A DNA stretch of 63,805 nt, counting the filler, from Octopus bimaculoides (taxonomy: Eukaryota): assembly GCF_001194135.2 (NCBI RefSeq). It is 7 parts of 7 records of this genome, joined end to end, with 100 filler letters (N's around TTAATTAATTAA, not from the genome) between each part and the next. Parts side by side here need not be neighbours in the genome. Positions count along the whole stretch, not along the records: positions 49,180 to 54,925 come from NC_068990.1; positions 55,026 to 61,503 come from NC_068984.1; positions 61,604 to 63,805 come from NC_068986.1; 4 more parts are not named here. One strand, written 5' to 3'. Below are positions 52,496 to 63,428 of the stretch, piece by piece. The first letter of the stretch is position 1. Every line of letters begins with the position of its first letter. The notes beneath the pieces were generated by a model. The model was given only the letters and a program-made list of their open reading frames with translations. It made no database searches and was not told where the DNA came from. Both the position numbers and the translations under genes were made by a program.

Positions 52496-53224
52496 ATTTA
52501 ATACGTTACTATTTCCATGCCCAAAAATGCGTGGTTTCGGTTCCTTTTGCAAGAGTTCAAGGATTATCTCCGGTTAAACTGGAATACATTACTAGATTAG
52601 TCTTGCTTTTTTTCCCTATATTTTTTGGTTTTATCTACGAGACAAGGTTGTTACAGTGTTACTGTTTAGTTGACTGTGGTGAATTCCGTCTCTCACCTCT
52701 ACACAATCTTATATATTATAACGCAAGCAATTTAATGTTAATAATAGACCTGTAGGTGTCGTACAGTTTTATGTCTCATCTCAACTTGTTTCGGGTCATA
52801 AACTTCTACTGCTGAGCGGTTGTGTTTGGTTATATAAACTACAGCATGGAACTCACATTAAGTTGTGTGCATAGTACCATCTCAAACTTTTGTTTAACTC
52901 AACACTCTCTGGAGATATTGGCAGTAATTTTCAATAAGATCAGACAGTCTGAGCTCTCGAATCAGTATAATTATCGAAGTGAAACCATAGATTTCTAGGA
53001 AAATTAGTGTTGGTTTTCGTCAGCAAATAAGTTGTAAATGTAAATCGGTAAACTGTGAGGATGGTTGAGCAATAGTTCATCAGACTGAATATATAATGCT
53101 GTTAATTCCAAAATCATGTATGCGCTAAATACAGGAAAATATACAGCACTAATCACTATCGTTTTATAGACACATACCTGTAAAAATAATGTTTCCTTCT
53201 CGAGCCATGCCATGCTCATAACTG

Positions 53225-53427
53225 CCGGTTTCCCGGTTTCCAAAGTGTATATATCCCCCACGGGATAACACCGGTCCGTCGAATGATTACTCATTTTTGC
53301 GAGGTAAGTGGATTGGAGCGACGTGAAATGAAGTGTTTGCTCAAGAGCACAACGTGTCTCCCGGTCCAGGAATCGAAATCACACTCTTACGATCGTGAGT
53401 GCAACACACTAAGCCACACGCCTCCAC
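53225..53427 (-). mobile_element. tRNA-derived SINE family C
   Basis: Minus strand head gtggaggcgtgtggcttagt...ttcgattcctggaccggg. Confidence 0.65.
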
Positions 53428-53464
53428 ATTATCGGTCATAATGTCTTACGTTTAAGATGATTCC

Positions 53465-53563
53465 CATGCTTTACCTGATGAGAAGGGTACAATTTTAATA
53501 TCAAAGATCCCTATGGATCACACAGGTTGTATTCCTTTGAAACATATGTAGGAATAAAGTATG
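53465..53563 (+). ncRNA. Type I hammerhead ribozyme motif (PLE pLTR type), core intact
   Basis: CTGATGA 53475-81; stem II gaagggtacaa/ttgtattccttt; GAAA 53539-42; palindromic stem III ACATATGT; cleavage triplet GUA; stem I catgcttta/taaagtatg with a 3-nt bulge. Confidence 0.7.
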
Positions 53564-54596
53564 CAATTATAACATGCGTTTTCTCCAATCCTTAAATTCT
53601 TANNNNNNNNNNNNNNNNNNNNNNNNNNNNNNNNNNNNNNNNNNNNNNNNNNNNNNNNNNNNNNNNNNNNNNNNNNNNNNNNNNNNNNNNNNNNNNNNNN
53701 NNNNNNNNNNNNNNNNNNNNNNNNNNNNNNNNNNNNNNNNNNNNNNNNNNNNNNNNNNNNNNNNNNNNNNNNNNNNNNNNNNNNNNNNNNNNNNNNNNNN
53801 NNNNNNNNNNNNNNNNNNNNNNNNNNNNNNNNNNNNNNNNNNNNNNNNNNNNNNNNNNNNNNNNNNNNNNNNNNNNNNNNNNNNNNNNNNNNNNNNNNNN
53901 NNNNNNNNNNNNNNNNNNNNNNNNNNNNNNNNNNNNNNNNNNNNNNNNNNNNNNNNNNNNNNNNNNNNNNNNNNNNNNNNNNNNNNNNNNNNNNNNNNNN
54001 NNNNNNATATATATATATATATATATATACATGCATATATTCATACATATATGTACATACCTACATATATATGTATATATACATCCATATATGAGTACAG
54101 GACGTCAAAAAATGTGAACAAAATGAAAACCGAGAACATAAAAAAACAACAAAAAATGTAAAACGAACTTTTTTCGGACAACGAAAGAAAACAAATAGAG
54201 ACAGGCAACATAAAGAGCAATCACTTCATCAGTTGTCCCCTGTTTTATCTACTCCGCGTTTCGAAGGTTAGGACAAGACGCGACATCGTTAAAACAGTCC
54301 TTCCCACAAAGCAAATGAAATAAAACTTGGAATTTTTGTGGAGGGTTAAAGTGGTAACAAATCAGGACAGTAAGAACAAAACAGTAAAAACAGACGGTGA
54401 GAGAGGTTAAGCCATAACGCGGTGGTGTGATGAACGCTGGAGAAAGGAGCTGTGACAAGAGACAGGCTGAAGTAGGTCTTATCTCTTGTAAAGCAAGAGG
54501 AGAAAAAGAACGGTAGCCGCTGATCACGTGTGAGCAACGAGAGAGTCAAGAAGGAAGAGTGAGCGAGGGAGAGAAAGAGAACGGTGAAGTGGGAGG

Positions 54597-54713
54597 AAAA
54601 GAATGAAAGGCAAAGTCGACCTCGGCGGAATTTGAACTCAGAACGCAGCGACAGCCGAAATACAATTAAGCATTTCGCCTGGCGTGCCAACCACTCTGCC
54701 AGCTCGCCACCTT
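54597..54713 (-). mobile_element. SINE family A, 5' half
   Basis: Head and B box present. Confidence 0.75.
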
Positions 54714-55025
54714 GTAGTGATTATTAATATTAAACACTGAATCCATCTATGCAAAGAGAGGGCCAAACAAACTCTGTTTTTAAGGATATGAAAAGGATTT
54801 TAAAACGTCGAAATAACTGTTTTTTACTCACAGAAATATCGGAAAAGCGTCGTTTTTATTATGTGATGAGAATGCGTTTCTGATAGATAAGAGCAGAAGA
54901 AATTCTATGGTATGCTATTATGATGNNNNNNNNNNNNNNNNNNNNNNNNNNNNNNNNNNNNNNNNNNNNTTAATTAATTAANNNNNNNNNNNNNNNNNNN
55001 NNNNNNNNNNNNNNNNNNNNNNNNN

Positions 55026-55298
55026 ATTTCATCGACCCTAGTGTTCAAGTGGTACTTTATTTTATCGATTTATCGACCCCCTAAGGGATGAAAGGCAAAA
55101 ACATAGAGGGGACAAACAAGGACAGACAAAGGGATTAAGTCGATTACATCGACCCCAGTGCGTAACTGGTACTTAATTTATCGACCCCGAAAGGATGAAA
55201 GGCAAAGTTGACCTCGGCAGAATTTGAACTCAGAACCTAACGGCAGATGAAATACCGCTAAGCATTTCGCCCGGCGTGCTAACGATTCTGCCAGCTCG
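55026..55298 (-). mobile_element. SINE family A: partial copy plus a copy with the Tx1-like tail
   Basis: aacatagaggggacaaacaaggacagacaaag tail followed by body. Confidence 0.8.
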
Positions 55299-55439
55299 TT
55301 TTATACTGTGAAACTGAATTTAATTTTAATTTTTAATAAATTGAATTTAATTGAGTTTTTACCTGTAAATTTGGATTTATATCCCTAATATTATATATGT
55401 ATATGTATGTATGCATGTATGTGTGTGTGTGTGTGTGTA

Positions 55440-55625
55440 GTTATAGATTGGTGTATATGTCTTTGTTTGTGTTTTTCTCCGTCACTACTTACCAACTGGC
55501 GTTGGTTTGTTTATGCCCCCGTAAATTAGTTGTTCCGCCCGCACAAAAGAGGACAGTAGAATAAGTACCAGACTAAAAAACAAACAAAAACAAAAAAATA
55601 CATAAGTACCAGGATCGATTTATTT
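55440..55625 (+). mobile_element. SINE family B, 3' half
   Basis: gttggtttgtttat...tagaataagtacc...gatcgattt. Confidence 0.6.
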
Positions 55626-55731
55626 AGGTAAAACCCTTTGATGCAGATCCCAGGAAAAAGATAAAAAATAAAAATTTAGATAAACGTATTTCAAGAATTC
55701 TAATTTGGAAATTCGTTGTTTTGTTTTCAGG

Positions 55732-55900
55732 ATGAAGAAATCGAATAACTTATCTGCAAAATACCAAAAAATTTCTTCTCCAACCAATGTACAGAAGGTA
55801 AAAGTGGTCACGGTTGGAGATATATCGGTTGGAAAATCTTCTTTGGCATTAAGGTTTACCAAAGGATACTTCGAAGAACTATACAAACCGACAGTTGGCG
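55732..55900 (+). CDS. Rab5-like: Divergent Rab5-family small GTPase, first visible coding exon (MKKSNN...GDISVGKSS...YKPTVG)
   Basis: Acceptor ttgttttcag ends at 55730 and ATG is at 55732. P-loop GDISVGKS and switch I PTVG are present. Donor G|GTAAG at 55900/55901 is phase 1 and joins the next exon as G+CT=Ala. Confidence 0.9.
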
Positions 55901-55943
55901 GTAAGAAGGATTCTTCAGATGTTGAATATTGTTTTCCCCTGAG

Positions 55944-56341
55944 TCTTTCTTTCTTTCTTTTCTTCTCTTTTAATGGTTTCATTCACTGGACTGCGGCCGT
56001 GCTGGGTCACCGCCTTGAAGGATTTAGCTGAACAAATCAACCCCGGTACTTATTTATTTTCAAATATGGTACTTATTCTATCGGTTCTTTGGCCGAACTG
56101 CTAAGTTAAGGAGACGTAAACAAACCAACACCGGTTATTAAATGATGGTGGGGAACAAACACAACATAAAGATACACACACATACTTGACAGGCTTTATC
56201 ACAGTTTTCGTCAACCAAATTTGCTCACAAAGCATTGGTCGACCCGGGGCTATAATAGAAGTCGCCCAAACTGCCGCGCAGTGGGACTGAAGACGAAATC
56301 ATGCGTTACAAAACAACCTTCTTAACCACATGGCCATGCCT
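55944..56341 (-). mobile_element. SINE family B in Rab intron 1
   Basis: ctgcggccgtgctgg tail through gtgggactga head. Confidence 0.8.
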
Positions 56342-57261
56342 CTCTTTGTTTTACCACACTACCATGCCCGTATAACATTTTTATACAATTTAAAAATCAT
56401 CTAATGGTTTATTCTGCAAATGAAGGGCAGAGTTCACGAGCCTTTTCGTGGCCTATGGAACTGGTAGGACGAAGAATGGAAGTTATCCAAATACTGAAGA
56501 CCTAGCACAAATGCTTGTAACAAAGGAAATACCCCTAAAGAATCCTAACGGCTTCTACGTGGCTCTTGACTATTATTAGCGTAAGAATGATGGTAGATTA
56601 AGCCTACCGTTGGAAGAAGAGAAAGCAGAAAATTTCGAGAGTGAACACATAACACTGTGTTACATCCTTAGTTGTGCTATGTCTGTATAGTTTTACTTTG
56701 CAATATCGTCTTGCTTTTTACGACTCTTTTTGTAAAACTGTAATAAGAATGTAATATTTCTCTGAAAGACATAGATAATACCTCATTATAACATTAATGA
56801 GGGTTCTGTAATGAGCTTCTCGAATATATGGTTAATAGTACTATCACCTTTTAAACGCCACATATCTTTGGAGAGTTGTTGCTGTTGTTCTTAGTTCCAG
56901 GTTACTTCCAATTGAGTAGACATAAAATTAAAAGCACTCCGGCGGTGACCCTCCTGTCTTTTTCTATACACACACATAACTACACACGCACGCACGCACA
57001 CACGACTACACACACACACACACAACTACACACACACAACCACACAACCACACACACACACACAGCCACACACACACATACAAACACAAACACAACCACA
57101 CATACACAAACATATGTAATAAGAAATAGAGATATATATATATGTAGATGTATTTCACCAAATTTTCTTCTCTTCAGACTGGATCATTCTAGAACGATGT
57201 ACAGTCTCAATCTATCTTCTATAATGCCCTCCTCCTCCTCATCCTCCTCCTTCTTCTTCTT

Positions 57262-57343
<82 letters not shown>

Positions 57344-57619
57344 CTCTTCTTTTTCTTCGCCTCTTCCCCTCCTCCTCTTCCTCCTCCAGCTTCTTAAAAT
57401 TAGACATTATCGACACTAACTCCATCCCACCCCCACCTCGCCTTTTCATAAATTAATATCTAAAACGAGAATCAGAAACACCAATTAAAAATATATCATT
57501 GAATTGACGATTTTTAAGTAGAAATAATAACCCCCATACCCCACCCCGCCATCGACTGCCTGCAAACTGTTCTTGTATGTTGCTTGTTTATTTATGTGTT
57601 TATTTATTTATTTTTGCAG

Positions 57620-57771
57620 CTGTGTTTGTCTTCAAAACCATCACAGAGGGCAACCGGAAAATCTTATTTCAGATCTGGGACACGGCTGGACAGGAACGTT
57701 TCAAAAGTTTGGTGCCGATGTATTTACGCGACGCAAAATTTGCACTTTTAATCTATGACATTACAGACAGG
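57620..57771 (+). CDS. Rab5-like: Rab5-family GTPase coding exon 2 (AVFVFKT...WDTAGQERFKSLVPMYLRDAKFALLIYDITDR)
   Basis: Acceptor tttttgcag, G3 motif WDTAGQE, donor GTAGGT at 57772 (phase 0). Length 152 nt. Confidence 0.93.
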
Positions 57772-57787
57772 GTAGGTAACCAGATTT

Positions 57788-58012
57788 CTTATTTCTTTAT
57801 TGCCCACAAGGGGCTAAACATAGAGGGGACAAACAAGGACAGACAAAGTGATTAAGTCGACTACATCGACCCCAGTGCGTAACTGGTACTTAATTTATCG
57901 ACCCCGAAAGGATGAAAGGCAAAGTCAACCTCGGCGGAATTTGAACCCAGAACGTAATGGCAAACGAAATACTGCTAAGCATTTCGCCCGGCGTGCTAAC
58001 ATTTCTGCCAGA
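57788..58012 (-). mobile_element. SINE family A with complete Tx1-like tail, in Rab intron 2
   Basis: Tail at 57788-57848, body and head to about 58010. Confidence 0.85.
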
Positions 58013-58063
58013 TTTCTGCCATACAGAATTGCTAAAGACCAGAGGAATGGTCNNNNNNNNNNA

Positions 58064-58262
58064 GCTGGCAGAAACGTTAGCACGCCGGGCGAAATGCTTA
58101 GTGGTATTTCGTCTGTATTTACGTTCCGAGTTCAAATTCCGCCGAGGTCGACTTTGCCTTTCATCATTTCGGGGTTGATAAATTAAGTACAAGTTGCGTA
58201 CTGGGGTCGATTTAAACAACTGGTCCCCTCTCCCGAAATTTCGGGCCTTGTACCTAGAGCAG
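58064..58262 (+). mobile_element. SINE family A, head-to-head with the previous copy
   Basis: agctggcagaaacgttagc...gagttcaaattccgccgaggtcgac. Confidence 0.85.
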
Positions 58263-58454
58263 AAAAAAAGAAAAAGACAGAAAAAAATTATATTTAATTA
58301 TCATCGTTTTTCATAATGCTGTCAGAAGATTAGTAGCAGCAGCAGCAGTAGTAGTAGTAGTAGTAGTTCCCATAATCTCTGTATAATTTTCTCTACTTAC
58401 CATTGCAGTGAGATTGTTATGGCTGGTCAATCCCTGAATGTGCTAGTATTTTGT

Positions 58455-58685
58455 GCTCCAGTTCACTCAGCTGTGAAAATGAGATGCGACGTCACTGGTG
58501 CGAAGCTGTATCGGCCTTTGCTTTTCTCTTGGATAACATCAGTAACATGGAGAGAAGAGGAGGCTGGTATGCATGGGTGACTGCTGGTCTTCCATAAACA
58601 ACCTTGCCCAGGCTTGTGCTTTGGAGGGGAACATTTTAGGTTCAATCCTATTGTGATTCATGACCGAAGGGGTTCTTTACCCTAA
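58455..58685 (+). mobile_element. SINE family C core plus 3' part
   Basis: gctccagttcactcagctgtgaaaatgag core, shared in reverse complement with the 59380 region. Confidence 0.55.
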
Positions 58686-59269
58686 GTTCCCTAATTCGAA
58701 ACGCATATCCTCTCACTCTCTTTTTTCCCCTTATGGTCATTAACTTCTATGATTATCTCGGAATTTTAATCAGCACAACGCTTTCGTAATGAGAGGCATG
58801 TCTGTAACGCTTTCGTAGCGGGGAACGCCTGTATCTGCATGTCTTTGTTTCATGGAAAAAAAAAAGAAAAGAAAAGTAAAAAAAAGAACTAGCGCGAAGG
58901 AGAGTGAGGATTTGGTGTGGATGCTTGCAACAACATCAACTCAAGGATCAGAGGATTGTGTGAAATCCTGCAGCGGGAGTTATGCGCATCGCCCCCAGAT
59001 CTGACTTAAATATCCATTTGTTGTTTAGTAATTCTATGAATACAAATATTCGATGACCTTCCATTTAGTGATACGTATCTTCATTAATATTGTATCAATT
59101 ATTTATCAGAGCAAAGGAATGATTAGAACACTACAGCCAATACCGCTGCATCATTAACAACACCACTCAATACTACAGCCGATACCTCTCACAACTTAAA
59201 ACGTGAATATCACAATTTTGTCTACTTAGCTCTGCTACGAGTCCCAAGATTCTTAAGGCCGGAGCTTCA

Positions 59270-59510
59270 CTCAGTTTCCACGGCTTAATAAGTGACTGAG
59301 ATTATACTCCCCCACCACTGAACGGGACGCTAGTCTGTCGCAAGGTTAACGTCACAGCTATTGTTGGACCTTGTTCACAGCTGAGTGGACTGGAGCAATT
59401 TGGAATGCAGTATTTTGCTCGGGAACACAACACACCGCCCGGTCCTCGGATCTACACCACAATCTAACGATCGTATGTGCAACTTCTTAAACAGTGGATC
59501 ACGCACCTTC
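59270..59510 (-). mobile_element. SINE family C
   Basis: cagctgagtggactggagc core plus degenerate tRNA head. Confidence 0.6.
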
Positions 59511-60056
59511 ATCGCTTGTTCAGAGATCGATCAGAGCTGACCTGCGGTCTAAACAACATCAACATCAATGACAATGACTGTCCCTTAAGAAAAGTATTTT
59601 TATAAACAACACGGAAGAACAACTAAAATACAAAGTTAATATATTAGTTTCACACTGGAATGAAAAATGTTATAGGAATGTTCTTACGTTTCGGTTTAAT
59701 TGTCTTTCATCAAGAAAAGGAAAAATAAAGAGAAATAGATAAAAAATAGCTCTGTGGATGTTCTTTCTGGGAAATATATAGTGGACTCTCTCCCGCCCCC
59801 TCTCTCTCTGACACACACATGCGAGCAAACATTCTCCCCCTCCATCCGTCTCTTACACACCTACACACATATTCTCTATTTCTCACACACCCGCTCACAC
59901 ATTCTCTTTCTCTCTCTCTTCTCCCATACACACGAACACACATTCTCATGTCTATCTCTTTATTTACACACACTCATACAGACATTTTCTCTGTCTGTCC
60001 CCCTCTCTCTCTCACACACACAGACGTAAACATATTTTCTCTCTCTCTTCTATACG

Positions 60057-60094
<38 letters not shown>

Positions 60095-60248
60095 TTGCCA
60101 GACACCTCAACAAAGAATTATCTGTGGTCTATAAATGAGCCAAGCTATCTATTTCAATGTTTTCCCATCTCATTCATTGAACTCATCGTCCATGTTACAA
60201 CCGTCTTCTCACCATTTTCTTGTTTTGTTGGATTTTCTCGTCTTTTAG

Positions 60249-60371
60249 AAATCTTTTGAAGCCATACCCGCCTGGTTAAACTATGTCACTCGATACGCTC
60301 CTCCTGACATACAAGTCACCCTTGTTGCTAACAAAATTGACTTACAAGAATACCAGACAGTCGACACACAG
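60249..60371 (+). CDS. Rab5-like: Rab5-family GTPase coding exon 3 (KSFEAIPAW...LVANKIDLQEYQTVDTQ)
   Basis: Acceptor tcttttag, G4 motif NKID, donor CAG|GTAAGT at 60371/60372. Length 123 nt, in frame with exon 2. The G5 (ETSA) exon was not found in the window. Confidence 0.9.
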
Positions 60372-60479
60372 GTAAGTCACGACAATGTTTCGGTACACAC
60401 GTATAAAATCTGTTTATGCACCCATATTAATACACGCACACACACACGCACATACACACACAGGCACGCACGCACATTG

Positions 60480-60951
60480 TTTCAAATTGTTTCAAATTGT
60501 GCCACAAGGCCAGCAATTTTGAGGGAGGGGGTTACATCAACCCCGGTGTTCTGCAATGTACTAATTCTATAAACCCCAAAAGGATGAAGGGCAAAGTCAA
60601 CCTTGGCGAAATATGAACCCAGAACGTACAGAGCCGGAAAAATGCCGTTAAGCGTGTTATCCGGCACGGTGACAATTCTGTCTCCTCGCTGCTTTACATA
60701 CATACACACAACAACTACGAAGATAATAATAATATTAATTCTTTCTACTTTAGGCACAAGGCCTGAACTTTTGGGGGAGGGGATGAGTCGATTACGTCGA
60801 CCCAGTACTCCACCGGTACTTAATTTATCGATCCCGAAAGAATGAAAGGCAAAGTCGACCTCGGCGGAATTTGAACTCAGAACGTAAAGACAGATAAAAT
60901 GGCGCTAAGTATTTTGCCCGGCGTGCAAACGATTCTACCAGCTCGCTGCCT
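60480..60951 (-). mobile_element. SINE family A, two tandem copies in Rab intron 3
   Basis: Copies at 60480-60690 and 60740-60951. Confidence 0.8.
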
Positions 60952-61358
60952 TAATAATAATAAATAACAAAATCTTACATTGTCCACAGAGCAGAACAGG
61001 TCTTTGCTGTCTACATCATTTGTATACAGCAAATAAGCTCTATTGAATATGTATTAACAGCCAGTAATAATGGCGGTATGACAAACAGCATATAATGCTT
61101 GGGTGGCAGGCAGACGACAAAACCCCATTGTTGTCAATGAATGTTACAGATGCGATTCATATATCTCAGATCTCACATGAGTCGCCATGTGATTGTCAAA
61201 TGTGGCCTGGATAGTTAGGGAGGCGAGCTGGGTAGATGGGAGGGTATTTAGGAATAATTACATGCTGTGTCTTCACAAATTATCCCTTTTCATTCGGCAG
61301 TGATAATCAGCCGAGTTGAATTATAATCACTAAAATAGATTTCCAATAATAGTTATTC

Positions 61359-61496
<138 letters not shown>

Positions 61497-61700
61497 CCTG
61501 TCCNNNNNNNNNNNNNNNNNNNNNNNNNNNNNNNNNNNNNNNNNNNNTTAATTAATTAANNNNNNNNNNNNNNNNNNNNNNNNNNNNNNNNNNNNNNNNN
61601 NNNCATACATATATATGCGTGTGTCTGTATGCATATATATGTATATATAAATACAGATATATATATGCGTGTGTGTGTATATATATATATGTATATATAT

Positions 61701-61752
<52 letters not shown>

Positions 61753-62352
61753 AAAGAGAGAGAGAGAGGGAGTCCTACCACACGGTATCTAGCATTAAGC
61801 AACAGGTGTTCTTTCCAAAATATGTTACGTTTCCCGTCGAACGCGGTGTCCGATGGCGTTTGAACAAAAGCTTGTGACGACTCGAAACTTAATATTTGAA
61901 TTACCTACTATCTACGGCAAATTAAAGAAATCTGAGTAACGCCGGAGGGAATTCCTCAGCTGCAAAGCAAACTCTACTATTTGTACTGAGGTCATTGCCC
62001 TCTCGTTTCTAAATAGAAACACAAAATTCCTAAATGAGTGAATGTTCTCACTCAAATCCTATGTTTTCCTCGTTCATTTTAAGGCCAAGAAGACAAAGGT
62101 AATATTTCGCTGAAAAGGTCTTAATAAGATTGAAACTTGGTCTGCATTTATCTTATTGATCACTAATCCTACTCAGTCTTCACTGGAAAACTCCTAATCA
62201 GTCTTTTATCAATTTAGATTTCCGAGTAGTCTCGCTTGCCTTTCTTGACAAAACTTATCTTTAACGCTAAAATGTTTTCCTTTTAAATACTGGTGAAATT
62301 TCGATTGGTTAAAATTGTTTTTAGCTCACTACATTTAAACACATTCTAACTT

Positions 62353-62515
62353 GATGCCGTCTTAAGTGATGGGCACATTAGGCAGTTGCCCGGGGGTGTC
62401 ACGGGGGCCCAATTTTTATCTATATCTGTAACGATTTGCTGTCATTAAATACGTACGATAGGAACCACTAAATTCATTTGTCCCAGGTGCCTATAATGCT
62501 GATAAGACGGCCTTG
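62353..62515. mobile_element. hAT-type MITE remnant
   Basis: TIRs gccgtctta (62356-64) and taagacggc (62503-11), with gcccggggg subterminal motifs. Confidence 0.5.
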
Positions 62516-63146
62516 GGTTTTCCTGTAGATCAACAAATTAACAACAATATTACCCAGTCAACCAATCAGTGCAAAATTCATGGCCACGGGTCTTCTTCCT
62601 CTTTAGGCTATCGTACTTGGGTAGACCAAATATAAATTTAATTCGTAGATGCAACTCCGTTTGTAGCGATTGACTCTGTTTAATGTTCATACCCCAACAA
62701 CTCTATGGAGGATAAAAAGCAAAGCCGATCGCATTGACGAAGAGAAATCGAATTTGAATATAAATGATTTGATTTGGCGTTCAACCGTTTCTACCATTGC
62801 GCTCAGTCTTCATAAATTATTGCGTCACACACATTTGCTTTGATAGTTATGTAACAATAACAAAAATAATACTGATGCCATTAATGTAGATACCGTACAA
62901 AAAAGGCCATCTTGAAAACATTGTGATACACACACACATATGGATCTTTTAAACTAACCCCACAACTAGCACGTCTGCTGCGATCTTCAAAGAAAAAGAA
63001 ACCCCACAACAACTGCACATTAAATAGAATTTAGTAATTTAGAATCTTCGAGGGACGGAAGCAACAACAACAGCAACAAACTTGCTCTACTTAAGTTATT
63101 TCGCCATTACCACCAGTCCCTGTGACGAACTCAAAGAAACAACAAC

Positions 63147-63147
<1 letters not shown>

Positions 63148-63211
<64 letters not shown>

Positions 63212-63240
63212 CAGCAGCAGTAGCAGTAGTAGCTGTAGTA
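63148..63240. repeat. (TAG)n microsatellite
   Basis: Read directly from the sequence. Confidence 0.95.
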
Positions 63241-63397
63241 GTATAAGTAGAAGTTATTTTTCATTCAGTTAATCCATTCGGCACCATACACACCAATCCT
63301 ATTACAAGAAACGTCCCATCGCAAAATATTTCGTTCCGAAAGCAAATTCTTGCATTCTTCCCTTCCTTCCTTCTTTTCTTTCTTTCCTTCCTTCCTT

Positions 63398-63428
<31 letters not shown>

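Noticed and set aside
54170-54330. Minus-strand GAAAC...GTA followed by CTGATGA (possible type II hammerhead)
   Set aside because: The intervening sequence cannot form stem I and stem II does not pair.
61930-62990. Possible Rab exon 4 (EFLSCK at about 61960, TSA at about 62971)
   Set aside because: No ETSA-like motif with a suitable phase-0 acceptor; the exon is probably beyond the window.
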